Below are positions 1 through 12,361 of a stretch of DNA of 64,000 bases, in pieces. The translations under genes and the position numbers were made by a program. Location of the stretch: contig CATNEN010000038.1 of NCBI GenBank assembly GCA_950097015.1, positions 19,840,001 to 19,904,000 of the forward strand. The letters run 5' to 3'. The first letter of the stretch is position 1; each line of letters starts with the position of its first letter. The notes below the pieces were generated by a model. It had not been told where the DNA came from. It did not search any database and saw only the letters and a program-made list of their open reading frames with translations. The DNA comes from Macrostomum hystrix (taxonomy: Eukaryota > Animalia > Platyhelminthes).

Positions 1-889
1 AATTGGCATACACAATGGGTAGTCATTGAAACGTGAGGCGGTGAGCATGAGTTAGAGGGGCGTGAGTTCAGGATGGGTGGGATGCAGAATCTGCTGACTA
101 ATTCGCATCGCCTGGTGAGTATAGGGCTTCCGTCGTCTATTCTCGACGCCCAATCAAGCTCAAAGACAGCGCGGCTAGCTCAGGCATGGCAACAAATTTT
201 AGTGAGCCGCCAGGTCGCACCCTTTGTGCACCGGCTCCTCTTCATCTTCCCTCTGTCTTCACCTGAACAGTCTTCCTGAGCGCATTTCCGCCGCTGCGTG
301 AGCTCAGAAAATTTCTACCTGCTGATCAGACGACTCAGACTCTAGAGGCCGTATTTCTGTGAAAAAGCAGATGAGGAATGAAACCCACAAATTTTATATA
401 CCCCGCGGGTGAGATAACAAGACGAACGAACAGGAAAAAAGGCAGAAGAATAGAAATATAGAAGACAAGGGAAGCCTATTCGGGCTATGGGCTCAGCTGC
501 TAGTTGGAGTGGAAACATTGCATAGGATTTGAGTATAGGGCGAGACTTTGCCGGCGGCTGTTTTATTTGAGATTAACGAAGCGTGCTCACGCCTCATGAG
601 GCTATTAGACCGCGCCAATCCTAGAGTCTTATAGAGACTTATACCTACCTGTATCTGAGTCCACCTGCTTAAAATCTGATCCTATAGGGCTTACAAAATC
701 CTATCAATACCTGTCACGGTATGTTGGTTTCTTTGTTTGTACGTGTACAGACTGGGTTTTTACTTCGTCTGGTTTAAAATGACAGAAATAGCTTATGAGG
801 TCTAGGTATGGATTGCAGTAAGACTCTGAAAATAATGGGCTAATACTGTTTGCAGCCCCTGGCACCTTCAAACCCTAATCTCACCTATA

Positions 890-2345
890 TCTCATCTGTA
901 CCCTGTCTCATCTCCCCTAGCCTGTCTCATCTCCCCTACCCTGTCTCATCTCCCCTACCCTGTCTCATCTCCCCTACCCTGTCTCATCTCTCCCCTGGCT
1001 CACCTCTCCAGTGTCACATCTCTCCAGCGTCTCATCTCTCCAGCGTCTCATCTCTCCAGTGTCTCATCTCTCCTGTCTCATCTCTCCCCAGTCTCACCTC
1101 TCCCCTGTCTCATCTCTCCCTTGGCTCACCTCTCCAGTATCTCATCTCTCCCCTGGCTCATCTCTCCCATGCCTTTACTCACTTCTGTCTCATATCTCCC
1201 CTGCCTCATCTCTCCCCTGTCTCATCTCTCCCCTGTCTCACCTCTCCAGTGTCTCATCTCTCCCCTGGCTCATCTCTCCCATGCCTTTACTCACTTCTGT
1301 CTCATATCTCCCCTGCCTCATCTCTCCCCTGTCTCACCTCTCCAGTGTCTCATCTCTCCCCTGGCTCATCTCTCCCATGCCTTTACTCACTTCTGTCTCA
1401 TATCTCCCCTGTCTCATCTCTCCCCTGTCTCACCTCTCCAGTGTCTCATCTCTCCCCTGGCTCATCTCTCCATGCCTCTACTCTCTTCTGTCTCATGTCT
1501 ACCCTATCTCATCTCTCCCCTGGCTCACCTCTCCAGTGTCTCATCTCTCCCCTGGCTCATCTCTCCCATGTCTCTACTCTCTTCTGTCTCATCTCTCCCC
1601 TGTCTCATCTCTCCCCTGGCTCACCTCTCCAGTGTCTCATCTCTCCCCTGGCTCATCTCTCCCATGCCTCTACTCTCTTCTGTCTCATCTCTCCCCTGTC
1701 TCATCTCTCCCCTGTCTCACCTCTCCCCTGTCTCATCTCTCCCCTGTCTCACCTCTCCAGTGTCTCATCTCTCCCCTGGCTCATCTCTCCATGCCTCTAC
1801 TCTCTTCTGTCTCATGTCTACCCTATCTCATCTCTCCCCTGGCTCACCTCTCCAGTGTCTCATCTCTCCCCTGGCTCATCTCTCCCATGTCTCTACTCTC
1901 TTCTGTCTCACCTCTCCCCTGTCTCATCTCTCCCCTGTCTCACCTCTCCAGTGTCTCATCTCTCCCCTGGCTCATCTCTCCATGCCTCTACTCTCTTCTG
2001 TCTCACCTCTCCCCTGTCTCATCTCTCCCCTGTCTCACCTCTCCAGTGTCTCATCTCTCCCCTGGCTCATCTCTCCATGCCTCTACTCTCTTCTGTCTCA
2101 TGTCTACCCTATCTCATCTCTCCCCTGGCTCATCTCTCCATGCCTCTACTCTCTTCTGTCTCATGTCTACCCTATCTCATCTCTCCCCTGGCTCATCTCT
2201 CCATGCCTCTACTCTCTTCTGTCTCATCTCTCCCCTGGCTCATCTCTCCCCTGGCTCATCTCTCCATGCCTCTACTCTCTTCTGTCTCATGTCTACCCTA
2301 TCTCATCTCTCCTCTGTCCTGTCTCATATTTCCCCAGTCTACTTT
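890..2345. repeat. Minisatellite, 16-bp family TGTCTCATCTCTCCCC with variant units
   Basis: Tandem CT-rich units with degenerate edges; accounts for the low-complexity ORFs 850-2366 in all three + frames. Confidence 0.95.
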
Positions 2346-2856
2346 GTCCTAATCTCTAATCCCTGAATTCGTCACGCAGTCATGTTTTGCCTCTTTTTTG
2401 GCCTACCAGGTAAGTTTGCTGACCTCAGTTAGAAACAATCAAATGAAGGACAGGACTTGCAGAAGTTCATAGAAGGACAAGTCTGAAACTAAAACAAAAG
2501 AGAACTGCCTGATCCTCACCAGAGATCAAATTGGAAGATAAGAACAGGATGCAGATGTTCCCAAATTTGGGATTGACAGGTGTTAAAGATTTGTTAAACA
2601 TTCTTTTACTTTTTGTTTGTCTCGCGGGAATTCTCGCGGAAATCCCGATTGGACAGCCATATTCGCTTAATAATCCAATCAGTTATAATCTGCTTTCGTT
2701 CAAGTCTGTGAAGTTGCGGTATCCCAACGTCGAAATCTTAACACAATGAGCCATTTCAGAATGTTTATTCATTCAATAGCAGTGTAATGTGTAAGTCACT
2801 TAGGATTTTACTAACCCTAGTTCGCTAGATAACAAATGTAGCCACATGTGTCGGTA

Positions 2857-3180
2857 TAATAATAATAATAATAATAATAATAATTAATAATTGATTACAC
2901 CTGCCCCAATTGGGTCAGATGTGCAGCCGACAGCACAGCCGCAGCTAATGCGCGGCGCATCTGAAGGCTGCGTACAGCTGTTCAGTCCATGGACTGGGGG
3001 GACGCCACACCCACCTTCAATTATCCCAGCTGATGCTGGTACCCATTTAACAGCTGGGTGAACTGAAGCAATGCAGAGTTAAGTGTCTTGCTAAAGGACA
3101 CAAATTGTTCCTGTGGAGTCGGGAATCGAACCCCCGACCTTCAAGTCGTGAGTCCGACGCCCTAACCACTAGGCTACAAC
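2857..3180 (-). mobile_element. tRNA-derived SINE, family A, near full length
   Basis: On the minus strand: head GTTGTAGCCTAGTGGTTAGGGCG (A box) and GGTTCGATTCCC (B box), a central GTGTCCTTTAGCAAGACACTTAAC...CACCCAGCTGTTAAATGGGTACC segment resembling CORE/Deu-Nin-type SINE domains, and a (TTA)n tail. Related copies at about 12845, 14436, 20390, 24590 and 37510. Confidence 0.85.
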
Positions 3181-3703
3181 CTACTATAACCTAACTATAT
3201 AGATCTAGAACTGTTTTTAACTACCAAATGTTTCGAAACGGTTGAAAGTCCTGCGCAACTAAAGCTGTGCTTTCCACGATCGTGTCTTGTTTAATCAATT
3301 AACTGTTTTATTATTTTTTTCTAGACATTGTCTTTCGATGGCTACATGTATATACGAGCCGTAGATAGTAGAATATTGATTCATTGACATCGACTGAAGT
3401 GCTACAAATAAGAATTGTCAATAGCTTTATGAATTCGCTTTTGCCATCTGTCCGTGTCTAGTTTTGTTTTGCTAATTATATAATCTAATTAATATGGATT
3501 CTAATTAACTGCTGAAACCTAATTCTGTGAACAGTTGTGCGTCTTGAATGTATCGTTGCTAATCTAATCTTCACAATTTGGTTTCTTGAACTGTTCATTT
3601 AATAACGTGAGTGCTAGTTGAGGCTTCAGAATATCATGTTCTGTTCTCACCAAGCGAGTATTAAAATAGTGAAAGGGAGAAACATAGGGACATTGGTTAA
3701 GGT

Positions 3704-6428
3704 GACGGGACTGTAGGATTGAGACGGGACTGTTGGATTGAGACGGGACTGTAGGATAGAGACGGGACTGTAGGATTGAGACGGGACTGTAGGATTGAGA
3801 CGGGACTGTAGGATTGAGACGGGACTGTAGGATTGAGACGGGACTGTAGGATCGAGACGGGACTGTAGGATCGAGACGGGACTGTTGGATTGAGACGGGA
3901 CTGTAGGATTGAGACGGGACTGTAGGATCGAGACGGGACTGTAGGATCGAGACGGGACTGTAGGATTGAGACAGGACTGTAGGATTGAGACGGGACTGTA
4001 GGATTGAGACGGGACTGTAGGATTGAGACGGGACTGTTGGATTGAGACGGGACTGTAGGATAGAGACGGGACTGTTGGATTGACACGGGACTGTAGGAAT
4101 GAGACGGGACTGTTGGATTGAGACGGGACTGTAGGATTGAGACGGGACTGTAGGATCGAGACGGGACTGTAGGATTGAGACGGGACTGTAGGATTGAGAC
4201 GGGACTGTAGGATTGAGACGGGACTGTAGGAATGAGACGGGACTGTAGGATACAGACGGGACTGTAGGATACAGACGGGACTGTAGGATTGAGACGGGAC
4301 TGTAGGATACAGACGGGACTGTTGGATTGAGACGGGACTGTAGGATTGAGACGGGACTGTAGGATACAGACGGGACTGTTGGATTGAGACGGGACTGTTG
4401 GATTGAGACGGGACTGTAGGATTGAGACGGGATTGTAGGATACAGAAGGGACTGTAGGATTGAGACGGGATTGTAGGATACAGAAGGGACTGTAGGATTG
4501 AGACGGGATTGTAGGATACAGAAGGGACTGTAGGATTGAGACGGGATTGTAGGATACAGAAGGGACTGTAGGATTGAGACGGGATTGTAGGATACAGACG
4601 GGACTGTAGGATTGAGACGGGACTGTAGGATCGAGACGGGACTGTAGGATTGAGACGGGACTGTAGGATCGAGACGGGACTGTAGGATTGAGACGGGATT
4701 GTAGGATACAGAAGGGACTGTAGGATTGAGACGGGATTGTAGGATACAGACGGGACTGTAGGATTGATACGGGATTGTAGGATACAGAAGGGACTGTAGG
4801 ATTGAGACGGGATTGTAGGATTGAGACGGGACTGTAGGATTGAGACGGGACTGTAGGATCGAGACGGGACGTTGGATTGAGACGGGACTGTAGGATCGAG
4901 ACGGGACGTTGGATTGAGACGGGACTGTAGGATCGAGACGGGACTGTAGGATTGAGACGGGACTGTAGGATCGAGACGGGACTGTAGGGTCGAGACGGGA
5001 CTGTTGGATTGAGACGGGACTGTTGGATTGAGACGGGACTGTAGGATTGATGCGGGACTGTTGGATTGAGACGGGACTGTAGGATTGATGCGGGACTGTA
5101 GGATTGAGACGGGACTGTTGGATTGAGACAGGACTGTAGGATTGAGACGGGACTGTTGGATTGATGCGGGACTGTTGGATCGAGACGGGACTGTAGGATT
5201 GAGACGGGACTGTTGGATTGATGCGGGACTGTAGGATCGAGACGGGACTGTAGGATCGAGACGGGACTGTAGGGTCGAGACGGGACTGTTGGATTGAGAC
5301 GGGACTGTAGGATTGAGAGGGGACTGTAGGATTGAGACGGGACTGTAGGAATGAGACGGGACTGTAGGATTGAGACGGGACTGTTGTATTGAAAGGGGAC
5401 TGTAGGATTGAGACGGGACTGTAGGATCGAGACGGGACTGTAGGATTGAGATGGGACTGTTGGATTGAGACGGGACTGTTGGATTGAGATGGGACTGTAG
5501 GATTGAGACGGGACTGTAGGATTGAGACAAGACTGTAGGATCGAGACGGGACTGTAGGATCGAGACGGGACTGTAGGATACAGACGGGACTGTTGGATTG
5601 AGACGGGACTGTAGGATTGAGACGGGACTGTAGGATACAGACGGGACTGTTGGATTGAGACGGAACTGTTGGATTGAGACGGGACTGTAGGATTGAGACG
5701 GGATTGTAGGATACAGAAGGGACTGTAGGATTGAGACGGGATTGTAGGATTGAGACGGGACTGTAGGATCGAGACGGGACGTTGGATTGAGACGGGACTG
5801 TAGGATCGAGACGGGACGTTGGATTGCGACGGGACTGTAGGATCGAGACGGGACTGTAGGATTGAGACGGGACTGTAGGATCGAGACGGGACTGTTGGAT
5901 TGAGACGGGACTGTAGGATTTATGCGGGACTGTAGGATTGAGACAGGACTGTAGGATTGAGACGGGACTGTTTGATTGAGACGGGACTGTTGGATTGAGA
6001 CGGGACTGTTGGATTGAGACGGGACTGTAGGATTGATGCGGGACTGTTGGATTGAGACGGGACTGTAGGATTGATGCGGGACTGTAGGATTGAGACGGGA
6101 CTGTTGGATTGAGACAGGACTGTAGGATTGAGACGGGACTGTTGGATTGATGCGGGACTGTAGGATCGAGACGGGACTGTAGGATCGAGACGGGACTGTA
6201 GGGTCGAGACGGGACTGTTGGATTGAGACGGGACTGTAGGATTTATGCGGGACTGTAGGATTGAGACAGGACTGTAGGATTGAGACGGGACTGTTGGATT
6301 GAGACGGGACTGTAGGATCAAGATGGGACTGTTGGATTGAGACGGGACTGTTGGATTGAGACGGGACTGTTGGATCGAGACGGGACTGTAGGATTGAGAC
6401 GGGACTGTAGGATTGAGACGGGACTGTT
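3704..6428. repeat. Minisatellite, 19-bp unit GAGACGGGACTGTAGGATT (~140 copies)
   Basis: Direct tandem repeat; produces the 19-aa periodic minus-strand ORFs. Confidence 0.97.
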
Positions 6429-9244
6429 AGAGCTTGTTGCTAGCATGTGTGTCTGACTTAATTGAGCAAGTTCATAAAAACAATTTTAGGACTCAGACCA
6501 AGCCCAAGAAAACTTACCACCAGTTGCCATAGCAACCCGCCAGCAAGCAGGCCACGATCAGGCATCTGACTAGCACAAATCTGTTTCTCATATTTTTCGC
6601 GTTCTCTTCTTAGAAGGCCAACTTCTTGTTGAAAGCGTGGGCTTCTGCTGACTATAGGCTTATAGAACAGCGAAGAAATTAATTAATTTGAGAAGTTTCT
6701 GGACTCTCGTGTTTATAGCCTGCCTCAGTGTTCTCAGCTGGCATTACATCCGTGTTCCGTGTCAAACTCTATTTATAGCCTTGATCGACTGAGGAAGATT
6801 AAGCGGGACAGGTGAGTTTCTTTGAAAAAGAAGGGATCTCACAGCTGCTTCTATTGTGCTGAAGGCTATAGTGTCAACACTGACACGCTGACTAAAGAGT
6901 TTGACACTCTCCTTCCTTATTTAGGTCGGGACAACTGCAAAAGCTTCTCCTATACGCTCTTCAAAATCCGATCGTTGTATTGTGATGCTTGCCTTTTTTT
7001 CTTGAATAAGCTTCTGCTTGACTTAGTCCGACAATCGACTGATTTTATTGAATGAATTTTAATTGCAAAGCCTTGCAAAGTAGAAAGGTGGCACTGTGTT
7101 GACAGACACAATAGTTGGCCAAATATTTTCATATATTACTTTCTGGAGGCAGCGCAGGCTTTTCAATTCGTCTAAAATTTTCATTGGCCGGTATCATCAA
7201 TAGCCAATGGCCATGCAAGGAAGTATATATAGTTCGCGTTAAACAGCTAGAAGTTAGAACATACTACTAACGCTAAAACTTACAATAGTAGTATACAATA
7301 TTAATTAGTATCGTTATAGTTTTCAGACTTGTAGGCTAGTTTCTTAATCACTACTAAACATAACCACATTACACGCAGTGCTGTTCAATAAAAAAATTAC
7401 AGAAGACAATCATAAATAACAAGGACAGCAGCTGATGAAATTGATAATGTCGAATGCATATCGGCCCCAATGCAACAATTGGCGCAGGCTAAACAATAAA
7501 GTGTATTTTTCTATTCAGCCCCACAATTCTGTACGTCACTATATAGAGTGGATACCAAGCAGCTAGGCTACTACACTATTTTGTTATTGCGAAGCTTAAG
7601 CATAAAAGCTCTTATATCCTTTTCGGGCAGCAAGACGTGTGCCTACAAGAAATCGCTGCACGGACGTTTAACAGTACTGACGTGCCGTAAATAATATCTA
7701 ACCGAAACCATGCAGGCAGCGATCCGTAGTGAAATGAAAAATGTCCACTAATTATCGGAAACATTTCTCAAAGTCTAGTAAAAACTGTTCAGAAAAAAAA
7801 GAAATACAATGTTTAGATGCGTTAATTTGGTTGCCAGTCAGATGGAATTGTCAACAAAGGACTAACATTTAGATGTTATCCAAAGGTCCCCAATGCGTCC
7901 CCAAATTTCGTGTCATCAAAATGACACATTTAACATGAATGTGTCTTCTAAATTACATAGACAACATAGCAAGCTTGGCCTATACTACTGATTTTGTTAA
8001 TAAAAAATTCTAAAATATTATCGTAATAAACTTATACTTGATTAAAGAAAGTCACTGTAAACTTGAGATAATCACAAGATATAGCTATTGGCTGTCATGG
8101 TAAATAGCTGAAAATGAAGATCAGTTTCCATCCATCAGCTTCCTGAATGAAGCTTTCTAATATTCGTTTAAGCAACTGCATGCTGTGTAAAGATGTATTT
8201 AAGTATAACAGCTTTGGATCTGCTTCTAAAAAAGTTAACAATTTTTTAAGGTTAAAAATGTGAAAAGTTCCGGTCTTGCTAGTGCATTTTATCGTGAAAA
8301 TCAACCTTAAATATATTTTTTGGCCCCGTGGGCGCCCCCGTTGTGGCGCTGGCGCCTCATGGTAGTGGCGCTCTCATAAAGCATATCTCCCAAATAGGCG
8401 CGCCTCCCTCCCCTTAGTCCTGGCTACGCCACTGAATGTACTTTTGTCCAAAATTTATTTATTTATTTATTTTTTGTTAACCAAATTAAAAGAATTACAA
8501 TTTCTATACGTACATAATCCTTACCTGTTAGTTTTTATGAAGCTCAGACTTATAATATTCTAGAGCACAGAAAATTAAATCATCAACCAGATTTTCTGAG
8601 GCTTAGTGTGTGCTTTCTTCACGTTGAAAGTCTTACGAAGGGCTTAATAATATACGGTTTTTAGACTCTAAACGTGAAAAAACAAAACACAAAATATTAT
8701 CGACAAATAGTAGCAGCAGTAAACTAATTTAGAACACAATTTATTGACGAAAAAACGTTTTACAACATTTCTGGCCCTTATAAACATTTTTATTACAGTA
8801 CGTTATCCTTTTGCGTGTCAGCCAAAAGATAATTTTTTAACAAAGAAATCATAGTTGCCTAAATGATCTGTCAGTCTGTTAATAGCCAGTCAAGTTAAGT
8901 TGATACCAAGTTAATACCCAGTAATGAAAATTAATTAGGTATATACTTTAAATTTTGTCATTTTTTACTTTTTTCATTATGACTTATTGTACCAATAAAA
9001 AGGTTCAGATGAGCAGTATAAAAATTGTGATTACTGGCTGCACTAATTAATTAGGCCACTACTTGATTTTAAAATCCAAAAAGTTGCAGACTTGCAGTGG
9101 CAGACAATGAGTCAGAGTATGCACTACACAACTTAAAAGTAGCTTAAAGAGTAACATATTTGGTGTAAAATGTATATTGAGATTGAGTGTGATCTTTGTA
9201 CTGTCATATCATATCAATATCTCATATCATTTTGCCTTGCCCAT

Positions 9245-10532
9245 GGCCATGGGTACAGATCAAATCGTCATATTCTAAAACGTCATATGATGATGACATC
9301 ATTTGCGCAAAAGTGTCACAATATTCAATTTAATATGACGATCTTGACTATTTGTTCATTGCTAATTTTATTTATGAATGTGATTTGAATATTTGATGAT
9401 GCATAATTCAAACAATTAATTGATTTATAGGCAGTTAAAAGTAAATGCAGATAAAAAAGCACCAATAAAAGCATTAGGTAGGCACAATGAACAGACAAAT
9501 GCAATATGCAAATATTGCAAATCATGACGATGCAATAGAAGGGCACATTTAAGTTAGGCCTACATGTACATAGGGTAGGGCCTAGGCCTAATGTATCATC
9601 AACCAGTGTATCTTCAAAACTGAACAAGAATTTTGACTTCTTCCTTGGTCTCGTGCAAGACAGAAACAAGCTATTGTGTTTCACAGAACAACTAATTTAA
9701 AGTTAAAGAAATTATCTGCAAGCTGAGGCATGATGTGCAATGAAGTATTAAGAGGAAAGAAAGATATTGATGTTTCAGTAGAAATTTTTATTGCAAATGC
9801 ATACTTTTTAACAACATTTTTTCAGTATGTACTTTAGACAAAGATTGTAGCCTATGTGGTTGCTTGCCAATTAAATGACCATAAATGTAGTTATTTATAG
9901 AGCATGAAAAATGCTTTCAAATTACATAATTCATGATAGTTCACTTCTTAAAATAAGATTAAACCACTCACTCAAATTGTAAAACCAAACATCAAATTCT
10001 CTGTTTGGTTTGAATTTGAAGATACATGAAAATCATTGTTTGGTTTTAGATAAAAAGCATGAATAAGTTTTTTCTATTTTATAAAATAGCAAAGGCAGAT
10101 ACTTTTTAGAAAGATGTAACTGTTTTCTATAACTTGGCTTTTGATTTATCATCATATCTTAAATAGAAAATCTGTAGCTTAGGTTTGAAGGTAAAAAATA
10201 CACATTCTTGTTTGGTTGATGATACATTACCCTAGTATAGCTACATGCAGAACAAAATTCAGTGCACATGTTATGTAATATGCAAGGCACTTTGAGTGGC
10301 TCAAATGACATTATTTTTGTAGAGCCAACCAAGTGAGACAAGGGCAAAAATGTATGCTTCGCTTCACTTATGCTTTCAGCAAAGCTGTTTGCAAAGCCAA
10401 TAAAATAACAATATGACAACTTCGTTAATGACACATTGTCCAATATGGACAATATGACGATTTCAATAATGTTGTTATTTTTTTTACAACCCTCATATGA
10501 CGATTTGGAATATGACGATTTTGGCTAGAGCC
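9245..10532. mobile_element. Non-autonomous TIR element (~1.3 kb), superfamily uncertain (Merlin/MULE-like)
   Basis: Left GGGTACAGATCAAATCGTCATATTCTAAAACGTCATATGA versus the reverse complement of the right end GGCTCTAGCCAAAATCGTCATATTCCAAATCGTCATATGA (~40-bp imperfect TIR). TTGCCCAT is repeated at 9237-9244 and 10533-10540. ATATGACGAT subterminal motifs; no coding capacity. Confidence 0.7.
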
Positions 10533-10679
10533 TTGCCCATTAGACTTCACATCACATTCACAAAAGCTAGCTTGCTAACAATTGGAAGTAGTTTTTTAAG
10601 TGCAGACCTACCAGAGACCTATAATGCAAGTAACTAAGCCCTAAACCACAGTACAGTATGTTCTAGGGCTTAAATTAAT

Positions 10680-10835
10680 CCTACTGCTGTCACCAAAGTT
10701 GTTGTAGGGCTATTTTATAATATTTAAGATTCCACTGAATGTCACCAAAGTTGTTGCAGGTGGAAATTAACGATCCAACTGCTGTTACCAAAGTTGTACT
10801 TATAATTATTTAATATTCCACCAAAGTTGTTATAG
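10680..10835. repeat. Short diverged tandem repeat with core CACCAAAGTTGT (4 copies)
   Basis: Core recurs at about 10691, 10743, 10787 and 10819. Confidence 0.6.
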
Positions 10836-11057
10836 GCTTATTTTCTCATACACTTTATTCAAGTACTGTCTTTATGTCAATCTTATAAATGTCTTTACTT
10901 TATTTGCTTTATGCACTTTCTTATTTCAATTTCAATTGGTAGCGTTTTATGTATTCAAATATGGTAGCGTTATACTTTCAGTATGGCCGCTATCTCTCCT
11001 CTATATTCCCTTCTGCTTATAACTTTACTGTATTATGTCTATAAGTACTTTGTATCA

Positions 11058-11137
11058 ATCTTTATCCATCTTTATCAGTCTTTATCCGTCTTTATCAGTC
11101 TTTATCTGTCTTTATCTGTCTTTATCAGTCTTTATCA
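11058..11137. repeat. 10-bp tandem repeat TCTTTATCNG
   Basis: About 8 direct copies. Confidence 0.8.
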
Positions 11138-12361
11138 CTTCTTCAATTGTTATTCAGTTTAACCTTCAATTTAATCTTCAATTCAGTCTTCAGTCCGTCT
11201 TGGGCTTTCCAGTGGATCTAGATTTACAGCTTTCTCTTCACTCTATTTACTTCTCTTTCGCAATGTCTCTTTCTCAAATAACTTTAACACGAACACTTCA
11301 AATTCAAGCTTTCTTTATTCTGAACTTTGTCAGGCACGAGGTTCCTTTTCTCTCTCTTTCACTCGTGTATTTATAGTAAAACTTTCCCTCACATCCGTGA
11401 CTTCAGTAAAACCTTTTCTATTTTCGGTGCACTTAAACAAAATTTGGTGCATTAAAACAAAGTTTTGTAACATTAAAACAAAACATATTTAATTTCGCGG
11501 GAACAATTTCTAGAAAAAATAAAACTATCGGAAACCCTATCTCAAGTACTTAAAAATACTTAGATTTTTTATGGCAACTAGATATATCATATTTATATTA
11601 ATGCTAATTGTCACATTGTTAGGCTATTTAATTTTTTATGCATGGTTAGATCAGGTGGACTTATGCCTAGTTGGCATAAAGCATCCAAGCAAAGAAACTA
11701 GCATATATTCTGGCAAAAATTTAATCTGGCAAATTTTCTTACAATACATAAAAGAGAACTGCTTGCCTAGCCTCTATTTTTGTGACTGCTTTTAATGCCA
11801 AGGCGAATGTCAAAAATAACATTGTAAGTAAGTAAGTAGCAATCTTTCTCATACACTTTGAAACTAAAATGCTTTGTAGTTCAGAAATACATTTTTCCAG
11901 TAATTTTTGTTTGGCAATAAATAAGAATCAAGTATAGTCACTTAATAGTTTTTTTCTCTATTAATTAGGCTTTTTATTTACATTTTGCTAGACAATTACT
12001 AAAGCTATGAGTAGTTTATACTTGGTAGACAGTGTTTATATATTTAAGATCTGAAATTATCTGGTCCCATAGTTCATAATGTCCAAGCATTTACTAAGTT
12101 TGGTCCCATTTTAAACATAATATGAATTATTGGTTGTATCCCTTATATACTTATTTAAGAAATAACACAAATTTATTTCAGACCTTGAATTCATCAACTA
12201 GATGACATTGATGTGTTTAAATGTCTCAGAGTCTTCTATAAAGATTTTTTAATCCAAAATAGGATTCTGCTTGTAAGAGTGCAACCAGCCTTCAATAGTA
12301 GAAAAAAGCATACAATAGGGCCTTGAAAAGGTGTATCTGAAAAATTGTTAACTAAAATACC

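Noticed and set aside
848-861. GTTTGCAGCCCCTG, resembling the Charlie MITE right TIR, beside the 890 array
   Set aside because: Wrong side and orientation to enclose the array, no partner end or TSD; may be chance.
3095-3180. tRNA gene on the minus strand
   Set aside because: A and B boxes are present but continue into a SINE body and (TTA)n tail, with multiple degraded copies; no convincing acceptor stem.
850-6321. Long ORFs of 400-627 aa
   Set aside because: Stop-free translations of 16- and 19-bp minisatellites, open in several frames with no domain signal.
8320-8434. GC-rich stretch ending CTGGCTACGCCACTG, like a hAT-type terminus
   Set aside because: I found no matching opposite end or TSD, so no element can be delimited.
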